Positions 45,213-59,712 of a DNA stretch of 64,000 nucleotides are shown in pieces (the first letter of the stretch is position 1; the number at the start of each line of letters is the position of its first letter). The notes beneath the pieces are model-generated. The model was not told where the DNA came from. It made no database searches and saw only the letters and a list, made by a program, of their open reading frames with translations. Where the stretch lies: NCBI RefSeq assembly GCF_055900595.2, contig NZ_CM148325.1. One strand, given 5' to 3'. The position numbers and the translations under genes are program-made.

Positions 45213-45855
45213 TCAGGAACCGGCTACTATCCTGCTGATCGACGATCACCCGATGCTGCGAACTGGCGTAAAACAGCTTATCAGTATGGCACCAGATATC
45301 ACCGTGGTTGGCGAAGCGAGTAATGGCGAACAGGGTATTGAACTGGCGGAGTCTCTTGATCCCGATTTGATCTTGTTAGATCTCAATATGCCCGGCATGA
45401 ACGGTCTGGAAACGCTGGATAAACTGCGCGAAAAGTCCCTCTCCGGGCGCATTGTGGTATTCAGCGTCTCTAACCATGAAGAAGATGTGGTCACCGCACT
45501 GAAACGCGGCGCGGATGGCTATCTGTTAAAAGATATGGAACCGGAAGATCTGCTGAAAGCATTGCATCAGGCTGCTGCTGGCGAAATGGTATTAAGCGAA
45601 GCATTAACGCCTGTTCTGGCCGCCAGCTTGCGCGCTAACCGTGCCACTACTGAACGCGATGTTAACCAGTTAACCCCACGCGAGCGCGATATTCTCAAGC
45701 TGATTGCCCAGGGTTTGCCGAACAAGATGATTGCCCGCCGCCTGGACATCACCGAAAGCACAGTAAAAGTGCACGTCAAGCACATGCTGAAGAAAATGAA
45801 GCTCAAGTCTCGCGTGGAAGCAGCAGTATGGGTGCATCAGGAGCGCATTTTCTGA
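45205..45855 (+). CDS. narL: Nitrate/nitrite response regulator NarL
   Basis: 216 aa from [19 protein letters not shown]; start overlaps narX stop (ATGAGTAA). Confidence 0.95.
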
Positions 45856-47313
<1,458 letters not shown>

Positions 47314-47314
47314 A

Positions 47315-47402
<88 letters not shown>

Positions 47403-47435
47403 AAGTGTCTAATTCCCTGAATACAGGAGTAAATA

Positions 47436-47789
47436 ATGCAAAAAATCGTGATCGTTGCCAATGGCGCACCTTACGGGAGCGAATCCTTGTTTAACAGCTT
47501 GCGGCTGGCCATTGCGTTACGAGAGCAGGAGAACAATCTGGATCTGCGTCTGTTCCTGATGTCTGATGCGGTCACAGCCGGGTTGCGCGGGCAAAAACCA
47601 GGGGAAGGATACAACATTCAACAAATGCTGGAGATCCTTACCGCTCAGAATGTACTGGTGAAATTGTGCAAAACCTGTACCGACGGGCGCGGGATTAGTA
47701 CACTTCCTCTGATTGATGGGGTGGAAATCGGTACTCTTGTGGAACTGGCGCAATGGACGCTGTCAGCCGATAAAGTGCTCACATTTTAA
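47436..47789 (+). CDS. ychN: DsrE/DsrF-like family protein YchN
   Basis: 117 aa matching YchN. Confidence 0.9.
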   Translation: MQKIVIVANGAPYGSESLFNSLRLAIALREQENNLDLRLFLMSDAVTAGLRGQKPGEGYNIQQMLEILTAQNVLVKLCKTCTDGRGISTLPLIDGVEIGTLVELAQWTLSADKVLTF

Positions 47790-47833
47790 TGTTTGAGGGG
47801 GGCGTCTGACGCCCCACTATGAGGGAAGTTTAC

Positions 47834-48529
47834 TCAGGCGAATCCCGGCCGTAACACACCATCCGGATAATTCTCCGCCAGCAGTTTTTTTACCGATACC
47901 AGCAAATCATTCAGCCCATCGTCCTGCATTCCCAGTTTGATAAGCTCCTGTTCCAGTGAAAACAGGTATTGTGCGTTGGTTCCCAGTGGACCGCTCGCCG
48001 CCGCAATCAACGGCGCGATGACCTGAGCGCGAGTGTCAGATTCATATTCTGGATGTCGCGGGTCCATAATAAACACAATGGCGTTTACTGTGCGTCCATC
48101 ATCAAGATCAAGCTGACACCAGGTTGGCAGATAACAGCCGGTAATCATCTCGCGCTTCCACAACAGGGTTAGTTCCTGCTCCAGCGTCTCTTCTGGCAGT
48201 CGATAGGCGACGCCTGTGGTGCGTCCGCCCTCTTTCAGTGCAAGCATCCGTCCCGGCTGGTGCGCAGTCCCGCGCCCGGCGGTCAGGCGCAGGCAAAACG
48301 CGCGATGCCATCCAACCAGTGTACCAGTGCACGACTCGGTAAACTCCAGTGCCGGATTCCACATCAACGATCCATAACCGAAGATCCACACCGGTCCCTC
48401 ATCAGGTCGACAAGCCAGCGTCGCCGCCAGCTAAGCCGCCCGTTGCTCTGCTGACCATAAGAGTGATTCTTCAATGGCACCAAATGCCGTTTTACAATCG
48501 GCATTCATCAAGAAATCACGCGTTATCAC
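47834..48529 (-). pseudogene. chaC: chaC (glutathione-specific gamma-glutamylcyclotransferase) interrupted by an in-frame amber stop at codon 33
   Basis: Minus-strand reading frame from GTG 48529 (MITRDFLMNADCKTAFGAIEESLLWSAEQRAA) hits TAG at 48433-48431, then continues in frame (LAATLACRPDEGPVWIFGYGSL...) to the stop at 47834; plus strand reads CTAAGC at 48431-48436. Confidence 0.75.
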
Positions 48530-48685
48530 CTTACACCTCCGCCACTGCATACTTCCCTGCGACAACTTTTTGGTGTCTTCCGGACATTTTACTGCTCATT
48601 TTGAAACCATTAACGGGACAATATGCAATCCACGGACCACTTGCAAGGCAACACCGCACGAATAGCTTTAACTAAGCTACCGGTT

Positions 48686-48916
48686 TTACGATTTTTTATG
48701 CCATTTATCATCATCCCCTTTGGCATATTCATGCTTCACAGCAGCCCAGGCCACTTTATGCGCGGTTTCTTCGCGACTGGCGTCATCACGCCGATCTTCT
48801 TTATCTTTATATTGATCCCATGCGCTGTTGAACGCTTCTTTATAGATATCCTGAGCATGAGACGGTAGCACGTGCTTTACGCTTTCCGGCAGATCGCTTT
48901 TCGTTTTATACGGCAT
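48686..48916 (-). CDS. chaB: Cation transport regulator ChaB
   Basis: 76 aa from MPYKTKSDLPESVKHV. Confidence 0.9.
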   Translation of the reverse strand: MPYKTKSDLPESVKHVLPSHAQDIYKEAFNSAWDQYKDKEDRRDDASREETAHKVAWAAVKHEYAKGDDDKWHKKS

Positions 48917-49184
48917 CGTTGACTCCTTTACAAAGTTGAACATTAAGTGTGGTCAACAATATCCACTCTTGCCAAAACATAAGAATTTTCATGTCAGACT
49001 CTTCTTAAGAAACGCTAAAACAAACATTGTCTAAACGCATTGCTTATTTTTATGGCCCGATGAGTAAAAAATCGACAGTGGGGTAAAAATTCGTAAAATG
49101 TTACCGATATCCAGACACTTTCTGTTATTTTTCCTACCTATTTTTTACATTTTCGATAAATTCATCTGCAAAGGGATAACCATA

Positions 49185-50285
49185 ATGTCAAATGCTCAAG
49201 AGGCGGTAAAAACCCGCCACAAGGAGACTTCGCTTATTTTCCCGGTTCTGGCGCTGGTAGTGCTGTTCCTGTGGGGAAGCAGCCAGACACTACCAGTGGT
49301 CATTGCCATCAATCTTCTTGCTCTTATTGGTATTTTAAGTAGCGCCTTTAGTGTTGTCCGTCATGCGGACGTATTAGCCCATCGCATGGGAGAACCTTAC
49401 GGTTCGCTTATTCTTAGCCTTTCAGTGGTTATTCTTGAAGTCAGTTTGATTTCAGCTTTAATGGCAACCGGCGACGCCGCGCCAACGCTAATGCGTGATA
49501 CGCTCTATTCAATCATTATGATTGTTACCGGTGGGCTGGTTGGCTTTTCATTATTGTTGGGCGGACGCAAGTTTGCCACACAATATATGAATCTGTTTGG
49601 TATCAAGCAGTATTTAATTGCGCTGTTCCCCCTGGCGATAATCGTACTGGTATTTCCAATGGCTCTGCCTGTGGCAAATTTTTCAACCGGTCAGGCGTTA
49701 CTGGTAGCATTAATTTCTGCGGCAATGTATGGCGTATTTTTGCTGATCCAGACCAAAACGCATCAAAGTTTATTTGTTTACGAGCACGAAGATGACAGTG
49801 ATGATGACGACCCGCACCACGGTAAACCGTCTGCCCATAGCAGCCTGTGGCATGCTATCTGGTTGATTGTCCATCTGATTGCCGTTATTGCAGTCACCAA
49901 AATGAACGCCAGCCCGCTGGAGACATTGCTCGACAGCATGAATGCCCCTGTCGCCTTTACTGGCTTCCTGGTGGCTCTGTTGATTCTGTCGCCGGAAGGT
50001 TTAGGTGCGTTAAAAGCAGTGTTGAACAACCAGGTCCAGCGCGCGATGAATCTGTTCTTTGGTTCAGTGTTAGCAACCATTTCGCTTACCGTACCTGTCG
50101 TCACGCTAATTGCCTTTATGACGGGTAACGAATTGCAGTTTGCACTTGGTGCGCCAGAAATGGTGGTGATGGTGGCCTCTTTAGTGCTGTGCCATATCTC
50201 CTTCTCCACCGGACGTACTAACGTGCTCAATGGCGCAGCGCATCTGGCACTGTTTGCCGCCTATTTGATGACGATATTTGCCTGA
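49185..50285 (+). CDS. chaA: Na+/K+ : H+ (Ca2+/H+) antiporter ChaA
   Basis: 366 aa from MSNAQEAVKTRHKETSLIFPVLAL. Confidence 0.9.
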   Translation: MSNAQEAVKTRHKETSLIFPVLALVVLFLWGSSQTLPVVIAINLLALIGILSSAFSVVRHADVLAHRMGEPYGSLILSLSVVILEVSLISALMATGDAAPTLMRDTLYSIIMIVTGGLVGFSLLLGGRKFATQYMNLFGIKQYLIALFPLAIIVLVFPMALPVANFSTGQALLVALISAAMYGVFLLIQTKTHQSLFVYEHEDDSDDDDPHHGKPSAHSSLWHAIWLIVHLIAVIAVTKMNASPLETLLDSMNAPVAFTGFLVALLILSPEGLGALKAVLNNQVQRAMNLFFGSVLATISLTVPVVTLIAFMTGNELQFALGAPEMVVMVASLVLCHISFSTGRTNVLNGAAHLALFAAYLMTIFA

Positions 50286-50577
50286 CAGTTATATCTCCTC
50301 CGATGACAGAAATCGGGGGAGATAATATAAATTCCTGCTTATTGTATTTCTTCATACTACCTGAACAGGTCGTTAATCAGAATTGCGAGCCTGTACCACA
50401 ACCTGCACGAAACCACTGCAACAGCTGTTGAAAAGCCGGAATGTACTCTTTATTGCAAACATTTCAGGGATGAAGTGAAGATGAATTGAGACGTAATATC
50501 CACACCAAGCCGGCGTTATCCGGTGAGGCGCAATGTTGCGGGGGCTTTATCCCTGGTGGCATTGGTTGCTGGAAAGA

Positions 50578-50644
50578 GAAAACCCCCCGCACGTTGAGAG
50601 GTAAAACCTGACAACAGAACGGGGGCTAATCTTGAACCATCAAC
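50578..50644 (-). ncRNA. rdl: Rdl antisense RNA, copy 1 (position inferred)
   Basis: Placed 48-114 bp upstream of the ldr ATG on the opposite strand, from recalled K-12 ldr/rdl geometry; minus-strand sequence ends in GC-rich stem (GCCCCCG...CGGGGGG) plus UUUUC. Confidence 0.45.
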
Positions 50645-50691
50645 AATTCAAGAATAGCTGCAAAATGTTGTCATTACAACAAGGCGGCTAT

Positions 50692-50799
50692 ATGACGCTC
50701 GCGCAGTTTGCCATGATTTTCTGGCACGACCTGGCGGCACCGATCCTGGCGGGGATTATTACCGCAGTGATTGTCAGCTGGTGGCGTAACCGGAAGTAA
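50692..50799 (+). CDS. ldr: Ldr type I toxin peptide, 35 aa
   Basis: MTLAQFAMIFWHDLAAPILAGIITAVIVSWWRNRK; terminator hairpin GCCGCAGG-GGTAACAG-CCTGCGGC plus T-run at about 50850-50883. Confidence 0.85.
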   Translation: MTLAQFAMIFWHDLAAPILAGIITAVIVSWWRNRK

Positions 50800-51112
50800 G
50801 GTGAAAACGGGCGTCAGGCTGCCGTGATGGCAATATGCGCCCGAAACCAGCCGCAGGGGTAACAGCCTGCGGCCTTTTTTGTCTTTATCTCTTCTGCAAG
50901 TAAATATTGGCAACCCGAGCTGGAAGCATCATCCAGAGCACTCATGAAACGACTGTAACAACTGTTGAAAAACCGGAATGCACTCTTCATTGCAAACATT
51001 TCAGGGATGAAGTGAAGATGAATTGAGACGTAGTATCCACACCAAGCCGGAGTTATCCGGTGAGGCGCAATGTTGCGGGGGCTCTATCCCTGGTGGCATT
51101 GGTTGCTGGAAA

Positions 51113-51179
51113 GAGAAAACCCCCGCACGTTGAGAGGTACAACCTGACAACAGAACGGGGGCTAATCTTGAAACCAGAC
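51113..51179 (-). ncRNA. rdl: Rdl antisense RNA, copy 2 (position inferred)
   Basis: Same relative position and near-identical sequence to copy 1. Confidence 0.45.
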
Positions 51180-51226
51180 ACTTCAAGAATAGCCGCAAAA
51201 TGTTGTCATTACAACAAGGCGGCTAT

Positions 51227-51334
51227 ATGACGCTCGCGCAGTTTGCCATGACTTTCTGGCACGACCTGGCAGCACCGATCCTGGCGGGAATTATTACCGC
51301 AGCGATTGTCAGCTGGTGGCGTAACCGGAAGTAA
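51227..51334 (+). CDS. ldr: Ldr type I toxin peptide, 35 aa
   Basis: MTLAQFAMTFWHDLAAPILAGIITAAIVSWWRNRK; followed by terminator hairpin plus T-run. Confidence 0.85.
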   Translation: MTLAQFAMTFWHDLAAPILAGIITAAIVSWWRNRK

Positions 51335-51497
51335 GGTGAAAACGGGCGTCAGGCTGCCGTGATGGCAATATGCGCCCGAAACCGGCCGCAGGGGTAACAG
51401 CCTGCGGCCTTTTTTGTATCCGGCCCCATGAAAAAAGCCTTAACGCAGAATGGACTGACCCATAACGCTAAGGCTTTTGTTTTCAAACAAAAAAAGA

Positions 51498-52361
<864 letters not shown>

Positions 52362-52387
52362 TTAATCTTGAGTAAAATGTCGATTAA

Positions 52388-53197
52388 TTAATGCAGCACA
52401 ATATGTTTATGCGCGATGTTATTTATTTGCGCACGGATCATTTCGCTGATCGGGTCTTCCGGACACTGTTCAACGAAATAACTTAAATCGTTCAACGCAA
52501 CGTGTTCGCAATCCAGTTGCGCATAAATCAACCCGCGATCGCGAATTTCATAGGGATCTTCCGGGTTAAATTGTAATAAAGCTTCGCTGGTGCGTAATGC
52601 CAGCTCCATCTGATTTTCTTCCATCAACGAGGCTTTGAGTGTGTCCAGCAATTTGCGGATTACCTCAATGTTATCAGCTTCATCAAGATCTTCATAAAAC
52701 AGTTCCGCTGACGGGCTGATATTTCCCTTTAACCAAACGTCCAGCATATGTTCGCTTAACGATTCACCGTTAAAAGGATTAATCAGCCAAATTTCGCCAT
52801 CCGGACATTCAATGCGCAATATCAGCTGCGTCGGGAAAATCACCGGCAGCAGCGGCAAATCAAGACGATTAGCGACCCACAATAAAACGGCGCCTAATGA
52901 TACCGCACTGCCCTGCCGATTCTTTAACACCTGGTCCAGCCATAATGCATCGGAAAGACGATAAACGCCGCGTGAGGCTTTAAATCCCCAGTCGCCGTAA
53001 AACAGCGCGATCAGTTTTTCCAGCTGCTCTTCTAAAGGCAGAAGCTGGCTGATTTCTTCCTTCGCCAGAGTAACGAGACGCTCCAGTTCGTCGTAAACAT
53101 CTTGCGAGGGAAAATCGCGGCGGATTGCTTCGCAAGCCAAGATCATGCCTTCGCACAATGGCGCTTTATTAAATTCGAAATCAGCTAACGATCTCAT
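52388..53197 (-). CDS. ychA: Transglutaminase-like/TPR protein YchA (SirB1)
   Basis: 269 aa matching YchA. Confidence 0.9.
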   Translation of the reverse strand: MRSLADFEFNKAPLCEGMILACEAIRRDFPSQDVYDELERLVTLAKEEISQLLPLEEQLEKLIALFYGDWGFKASRGVYRLSDALWLDQVLKNRQGSAVSLGAVLLWVANRLDLPLLPVIFPTQLILRIECPDGEIWLINPFNGESLSEHMLDVWLKGNISPSAELFYEDLDEADNIEVIRKLLDTLKASLMEENQMELALRTSEALLQFNPEDPYEIRDRGLIYAQLDCEHVALNDLSYFVEQCPEDPISEMIRAQINNIAHKHIVLH

Positions 53198-53200
53198 GAC

Positions 53201-53593
53201 TTACCCCAGTAACGGTACTTTTGTGGTGGCGAGTTTAATGATGATGTACAGCACCACCAACGCCAGCGGGAAGGCAATAATGCGCGCCTGCTGACTGTGC
53301 ATACGACGATAATCGAGTGCAATAAAACCCAAAACGATATAAATGATAACTCCAAACAGCTTTTCAGTCAGCCACTGTGCCTGCCCGGAAAATGGCAGGA
53401 TGTGCGCTTTAGCCATCAACGCAATGCCGCTTAACAATAACACCGTATCGACAACCGGCGGCACAATGCGCGTCCAACGAGCAAATGCCTGTGGATGCTT
53501 CTGATAACGTAGCCAGAAACGTAAGGTTAATAGCCCTACAGAAAGCGCAATGCTAATGAGATGAACGCTAAGCAGTGTAGAAAAACTTGTCAT
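53201..53593 (-). CDS. ychQ: Inner membrane protein YchQ (SirB2)
   Basis: 130-aa membrane protein matching YchQ. Confidence 0.85.
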   Translation of the reverse strand: MTSFSTLLSVHLISIALSVGLLTLRFWLRYQKHPQAFARWTRIVPPVVDTVLLLSGIALMAKAHILPFSGQAQWLTEKLFGVIIYIVLGFIALDYRRMHSQQARIIAFPLALVVLYIIIKLATTKVPLLG

Positions 53594-54423
53594 TGATAAT
53601 AGCGGCCGAGCGTTACGCGCTCGTTATCACCATAGTCCCGACAGGTTTCGACGTCATGATATCCCGCGTGGATAAATGCCTGTCGCACCGCTTCGCCCTG
53701 CTGCCAGCCATGTTCCAGAAGCAGAAAGCCGCCGGATACCAGCGCGTTACGCGACTGTTCGATGATATGCACGATGTCTGCCATTCCACTGTCTGCCGCA
53801 ACCAGCGCAGTGAGCGGCTCAAAGCGGACATCGCCTTGTTGAAGATGTGGATCCTGCTCGTCAATATACGGCGGATTGCTGACAATCATCGCAAACTGCT
53901 GCCCGGCTAGCGCGCTAAACCAGTCGCTTTGCAGAATATGGATATTTTTGATCGCCAGATGCTGGGCATTACGTTGTGCCAGAGAGACAGCATCTGGCAT
54001 ACGATCTACAGCGGTAATTTCACAGTCCGGGCGCTCGCTAGCCAGCGCCAGCGCAATCGCCCCGGTACCCGTCCCGAGATCGAGAATACGGCAAGGCTGT
54101 TCAGGCAACCGCGCCAGTGCCTGCTCCACCAGACACTCCGTATCCGGGCGCGGAATTAAGGTCGCTGGCGAAACAAATAACGGCAGCGACCAGAATTCTC
54201 GCACCCCGGTTAAATGAGCAATAGGTTCACCATCGCGACGACGCGTCAGTAGCGCATCAAGTTGCTGACATTGTTCGTCAGTCAGCTGCGTTTCACCAAA
54301 GGCGAGAATAAAAGTACGCCCTTTGCCGGTAACATGCTCCAGCAGGATTTCAGCATCACGCCGCGGGCTTTCGCTCGCCTGAAGTTGGCTTATTGCTTCA
54401 CGTAACCAGTGTTGATATTCCAT
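53590..54423 (-). CDS. prmC: Release factor glutamine methyltransferase PrmC (HemK)
   Basis: 277 aa with NPPY motif (IVSNPPYI). Confidence 0.95.
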   Translation of the reverse strand: MEYQHWLREAISQLQASESPRRDAEILLEHVTGKGRTFILAFGETQLTDEQCQQLDALLTRRRDGEPIAHLTGVREFWSLPLFVSPATLIPRPDTECLVEQALARLPEQPCRILDLGTGTGAIALALASERPDCEITAVDRMPDAVSLAQRNAQHLAIKNIHILQSDWFSALAGQQFAMIVSNPPYIDEQDPHLQQGDVRFEPLTALVAADSGMADIVHIIEQSRNALVSGGFLLLEHGWQQGEAVRQAFIHAGYHDVETCRDYGDNERVTLGRYYQ

Positions 54424-55505
54424 TATTCCTGCTCGGACAACGCCGCCAGTTGATCGGCCTGATGTTCCTGGATAATCGGTTCAATCAGCATATCCAGCTT
54501 ACCTTCCATCACTTCATCCAGACGGTAGAGCGTCAGGTTGATGCGGTGATCGGTAACGCGCCCCTGCGGGAAATTGTAAGTACGGTTACGGTCGCTGCGA
54601 TCGCCACTCCCCAGCAGGTTACGACGGGTAGACGCTTCGGCCTGTTGCCGTTTTGCCATTTCTGCAGCGTGGATGCGAGCACCAAGTACAGAAAGTGCTT
54701 TAGCTTTGTTTTTATGTTGTGAACGTTCGTCCTGACATTCAACAACAATCCCGGTCGGCAAGTGGGTAATACGGATTGCCGAATCGGTGGTGTTAACGTG
54801 CTGACCACCAGCTCCTGAAGAGCGGAAAGTATCAATGCGCAAATCTGCTGGGTTGATGTCCGGCAGTTCTGCGTCAGGCAGTTCTGGCATTACCGCAACG
54901 GTACAAGCAGAAGTATGAATTCGACCCTGCGATTCCGTAGCAGGCACACGCTGCACGCGATGACCGCCAGATTCGAATTTCAAACGACCATATACACCAT
55001 CACCGCTAATTTTGGCGATGATCTCTTTATAGCCACCATGTTCACCCTCGCTGGCGCTCATGATTTCTACACGCCAGCGGCGGGCTTCGGCGTAACGGCT
55101 GTACATACGGAACAGATCGCCAGCGAAGAGCGCCGCTTCGTCGCCGCCGGTTCCGGCACGGACTTCGAGGAAGGCGTTACGTTCGTCATCAGGATCTTTT
55201 GGTAGTAACAGAACCTGTAATTGCTGTTCCAGTTGCTCGCTTTTTTCTTTAGCTTCGCGCAGTTCATCCTGCGCCATCTCACGCATTTCAGGATCGTCGA
55301 GCATCATCTGTGCGGTTTCGATATCTTCCTGAACCTGTTGCCAGTCGGTAAAACAGCGCGAAACATCACTTAACTGCGCATATTCGCGTGATAATGCGCG
55401 AAAACGTTCCTGGTCGGCGATAGTTTGCGCGTCACCTAGCAACGCCTGAACTTCTTCATGGCGTTCATGCAGGGCTTCCAGTTTGGCAACGATAGAAGGC
55501 TTCAT
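54423..55505 (-). CDS. prfA: Peptide chain release factor 1
   Basis: 360 aa with GGQ motif ([14 protein letters not shown]). Confidence 0.97.
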
Positions 55506-55545
55506 AGGCGTAAATGCACCCTGTAAAAAAGAAAATGATGTACTG

Positions 55546-56802
55546 CTACTCCAGCCCGAGGCTGTCGCGCAGAATATTCAGGCGTTCGTTATCCCCGTCA
55601 CGGGCGGCCTGTTGAAGTGATTTCGTTGGCGCATGGATCAAGCGGTTAGTCAGTTTCCATGCCAGATCCTGCATAATGGCTTGCGCGTCGCCGCCCTGCT
55701 CAAGGGCCGCTAACGCTTTGGCGGTTAACTCATCGCGAACTTGCTCTGCCTGGCTGCGATACTCGCGAATGGTTTCGCTGGCGCTTTGTGCACGCAGCCA
55801 CGCCATAAATTCGCTGGTTTCCTGGGCGACAATAGTTTCCGCCTCAACTGCTGCGGCTTTACGCTGCGCCAGGTTGTGCGAAATAATGCTTTGTAGATCG
55901 TCAACACTATAAAGGTAAGCATTCGCCAGTTTGCCAACTTCCGGCTCAACATCGCGCGGAACGGCAATATCTACCAACAGCATCGGTTGGTTGCGACGGC
56001 TTTTTAATGCGCGCTCCACCATGCCTTTACCGATAATCGGCAACGGACTGGCGGTAGAACTAATAATGATATCGGCTTCGCGCAGACGTTCGTCAATATC
56101 GCTCAAGGCAATCACTTCTGCGCCGACTTCATCTGCCAGAATTTGGGCGCGTTCGCGAGTACGGTTGGCGATAATCATCTTCTGTACTTTGTGTTCACGT
56201 AGATGACGCGCCACCAGCTCGATAGTCTCACCCGCGCCAACTAGCAGTACCGTCACCGTAGAGAGCGATTCAAAGATCTGACGCGCCAGCGTACAAGCCG
56301 CAAAAGCGACAGACACAGCGCTGGCACCGATATCGGTTTCAGTACGAACGCGTTTTGCGACAGAGAAAGATTTCTGGAACATGCGCTCCAGTTCGCTGGC
56401 CTTCATATGGCCTTTTTGCGAATCGGCAAACGCCTTTTTAACCTGACCGAGGATCTGCGGTTCCCCCAGAACCAGTGAATCCAGGCCGCTGGCAACACGC
56501 ATTAAATGGCTAACTGCATCGTTATCCTGATGCCAGTAGAGGCTTTTACGCAGATCGTCTTCATTGAGATTATGGTAATCGCAAAGCCAGCGGATTAACG
56601 CCTCTTGCAGGTTATCCTGCTCTTCAACGCTAAGATAAAGTTCTGTGCGGTTACACGTCGACAGTACCACGCCGCCCTGCACCATCGGCTGCGCAAGCAG
56701 GCTGTCAAGCGCCTGATCGAGCTTATCCGGCGAAAACGATACACGTTCTCGCAGCGATACAGGAGCCGTTTTATGGTTGATACCGAGTGCTAAAAGGGTC
56801 AT
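55546..56802 (-). CDS. hemA: Glutamyl-tRNA reductase
   Basis: 418 aa from [21 protein letters not shown]. Confidence 0.95.
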
Positions 56803-56946
56803 GTCTGCGGGAAATAATACCAACGTTGATAGGGTTAGTCTGCTCGCATCATACAGGATGCGCGAGATCAATAAAAGAGAGTGCCCCCTTTTGGAGTAAT
56901 TGCCGAAAGCCGTTAGATTCTGGCAATTAAGACAACTTGAACATAG

Positions 56947-57638
<692 letters not shown>

Positions 57639-57639
<1 letters not shown>

Positions 57640-58490
57640 TGCGGACACAGTGGCCCTCTCCGGCAAAACTTAATCTGTTTTTATACATTACCGGTCAGCG
57701 TTCGGACGGTTACCACACGCTGCAAACGCTGTTTCAGTTCCTGGATTACGGCGACACCATCAGCATTGAGCTTCGTGACGATGGGGATATTCGTCTGTTA
57801 ACCCCCGTTGAAGGCGTGGAACATGAAGATAACCTGATCGTTCGCGCAGCACGGTTGCTGATGAAAACAGCAGCCGCCAGCGGGCGTCTTCCTACGGGAA
57901 GCGGTGCAGAAATCAGTATTGACAAGCGTTTGCCGATGGGCGGCGGTCTGGGTGGTGGTTCATCCAATGCCGCGACGGTGCTGGTGGCATTAAACCATCT
58001 CTGGCAATGCGGGCTAAGCATTGATGAACTGGCGGAAATGGGGCTGACGCTGGGCGCAGATGTTCCTGTCTTTGTTCGGGGGCATGCCGCGTTTGCCGAA
58101 GGCGTTGGTGAAATACTAACGCCGGTGGATCCGCCAGAGAAGTGGTACTTGGTGGCGCACCCTGGTGTAAGTATTCCGACACCGGTGATTTTTAAAGATC
58201 CTGAACTCCCGCGCAATACGCCAAAAAGGTCAATAGAAACGTTGCTAAAATGTGAATTCAGCAATGATTGCGAGGTTATCGCAAGAAAACGTTTTCGCGA
58301 GGTTGATGCGGTGCTTTCCTGGCTGTTAGAATACGCCCCGTCGCGCCTGACTGGGACAGGGGCCTGTGTCTTTGCTGAATTTGATACAGAGTCTGAAGCC
58401 CGCCAGGTGCTAGAGCAAGCCCCGGAATGGCTCAATGGCTTTGTGGCGAAAGGCGTTAATCTTTCCCCATTGCACAGAGCCATGCTTTAA
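57639..58490 (+). CDS. ispE: 4-diphosphocytidyl-2-C-methyl-D-erythritol kinase
   Basis: 283 aa, GHMP kinase motif [14 protein letters not shown]. Confidence 0.95.
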
Positions 58491-58514
58491 GCCGGGCAAG
58501 CTGAGTTTCGGTGA

Positions 58515-59588
<1,074 letters not shown>

Positions 59589-59606
59589 TCGAACCCGGCT
59601 CAAAGA

Positions 59607-59627
59607 CCCGCTGCGGCGGGTTTTTTT
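59607..59627 (+). terminator. prs rho-independent terminator
   Basis: CCCGC-TGCG-GCGGG hairpin followed by TTTTTTT. Confidence 0.65.
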
Positions 59628-59712
59628 GTCTGTAATATCCATTTGTATGACCTATGCCTCCTTCACCTGCCATTTAGTTGACAGATGATGCGCTCACGGA
59701 TGAAACATTATT

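Larger units (their letters stand above)
50416..50885. repeat. Long direct repeat (LDR) unit 1 carrying ldr/rdl
   Basis: About 470 bp repeated with 535-bp period and near identity at 50956-51420. Confidence 0.8.
50956..51420. repeat. Long direct repeat (LDR) unit 2 carrying ldr/rdl
   Basis: Second copy of the about 470-bp unit, 535 bp downstream of unit 1. Confidence 0.8.

Noticed and set aside
57746-58483. 245-aa minus-strand ORF
   Set aside because: Antisense to ispE; Ser/Pro/Ala-rich low-complexity translation.
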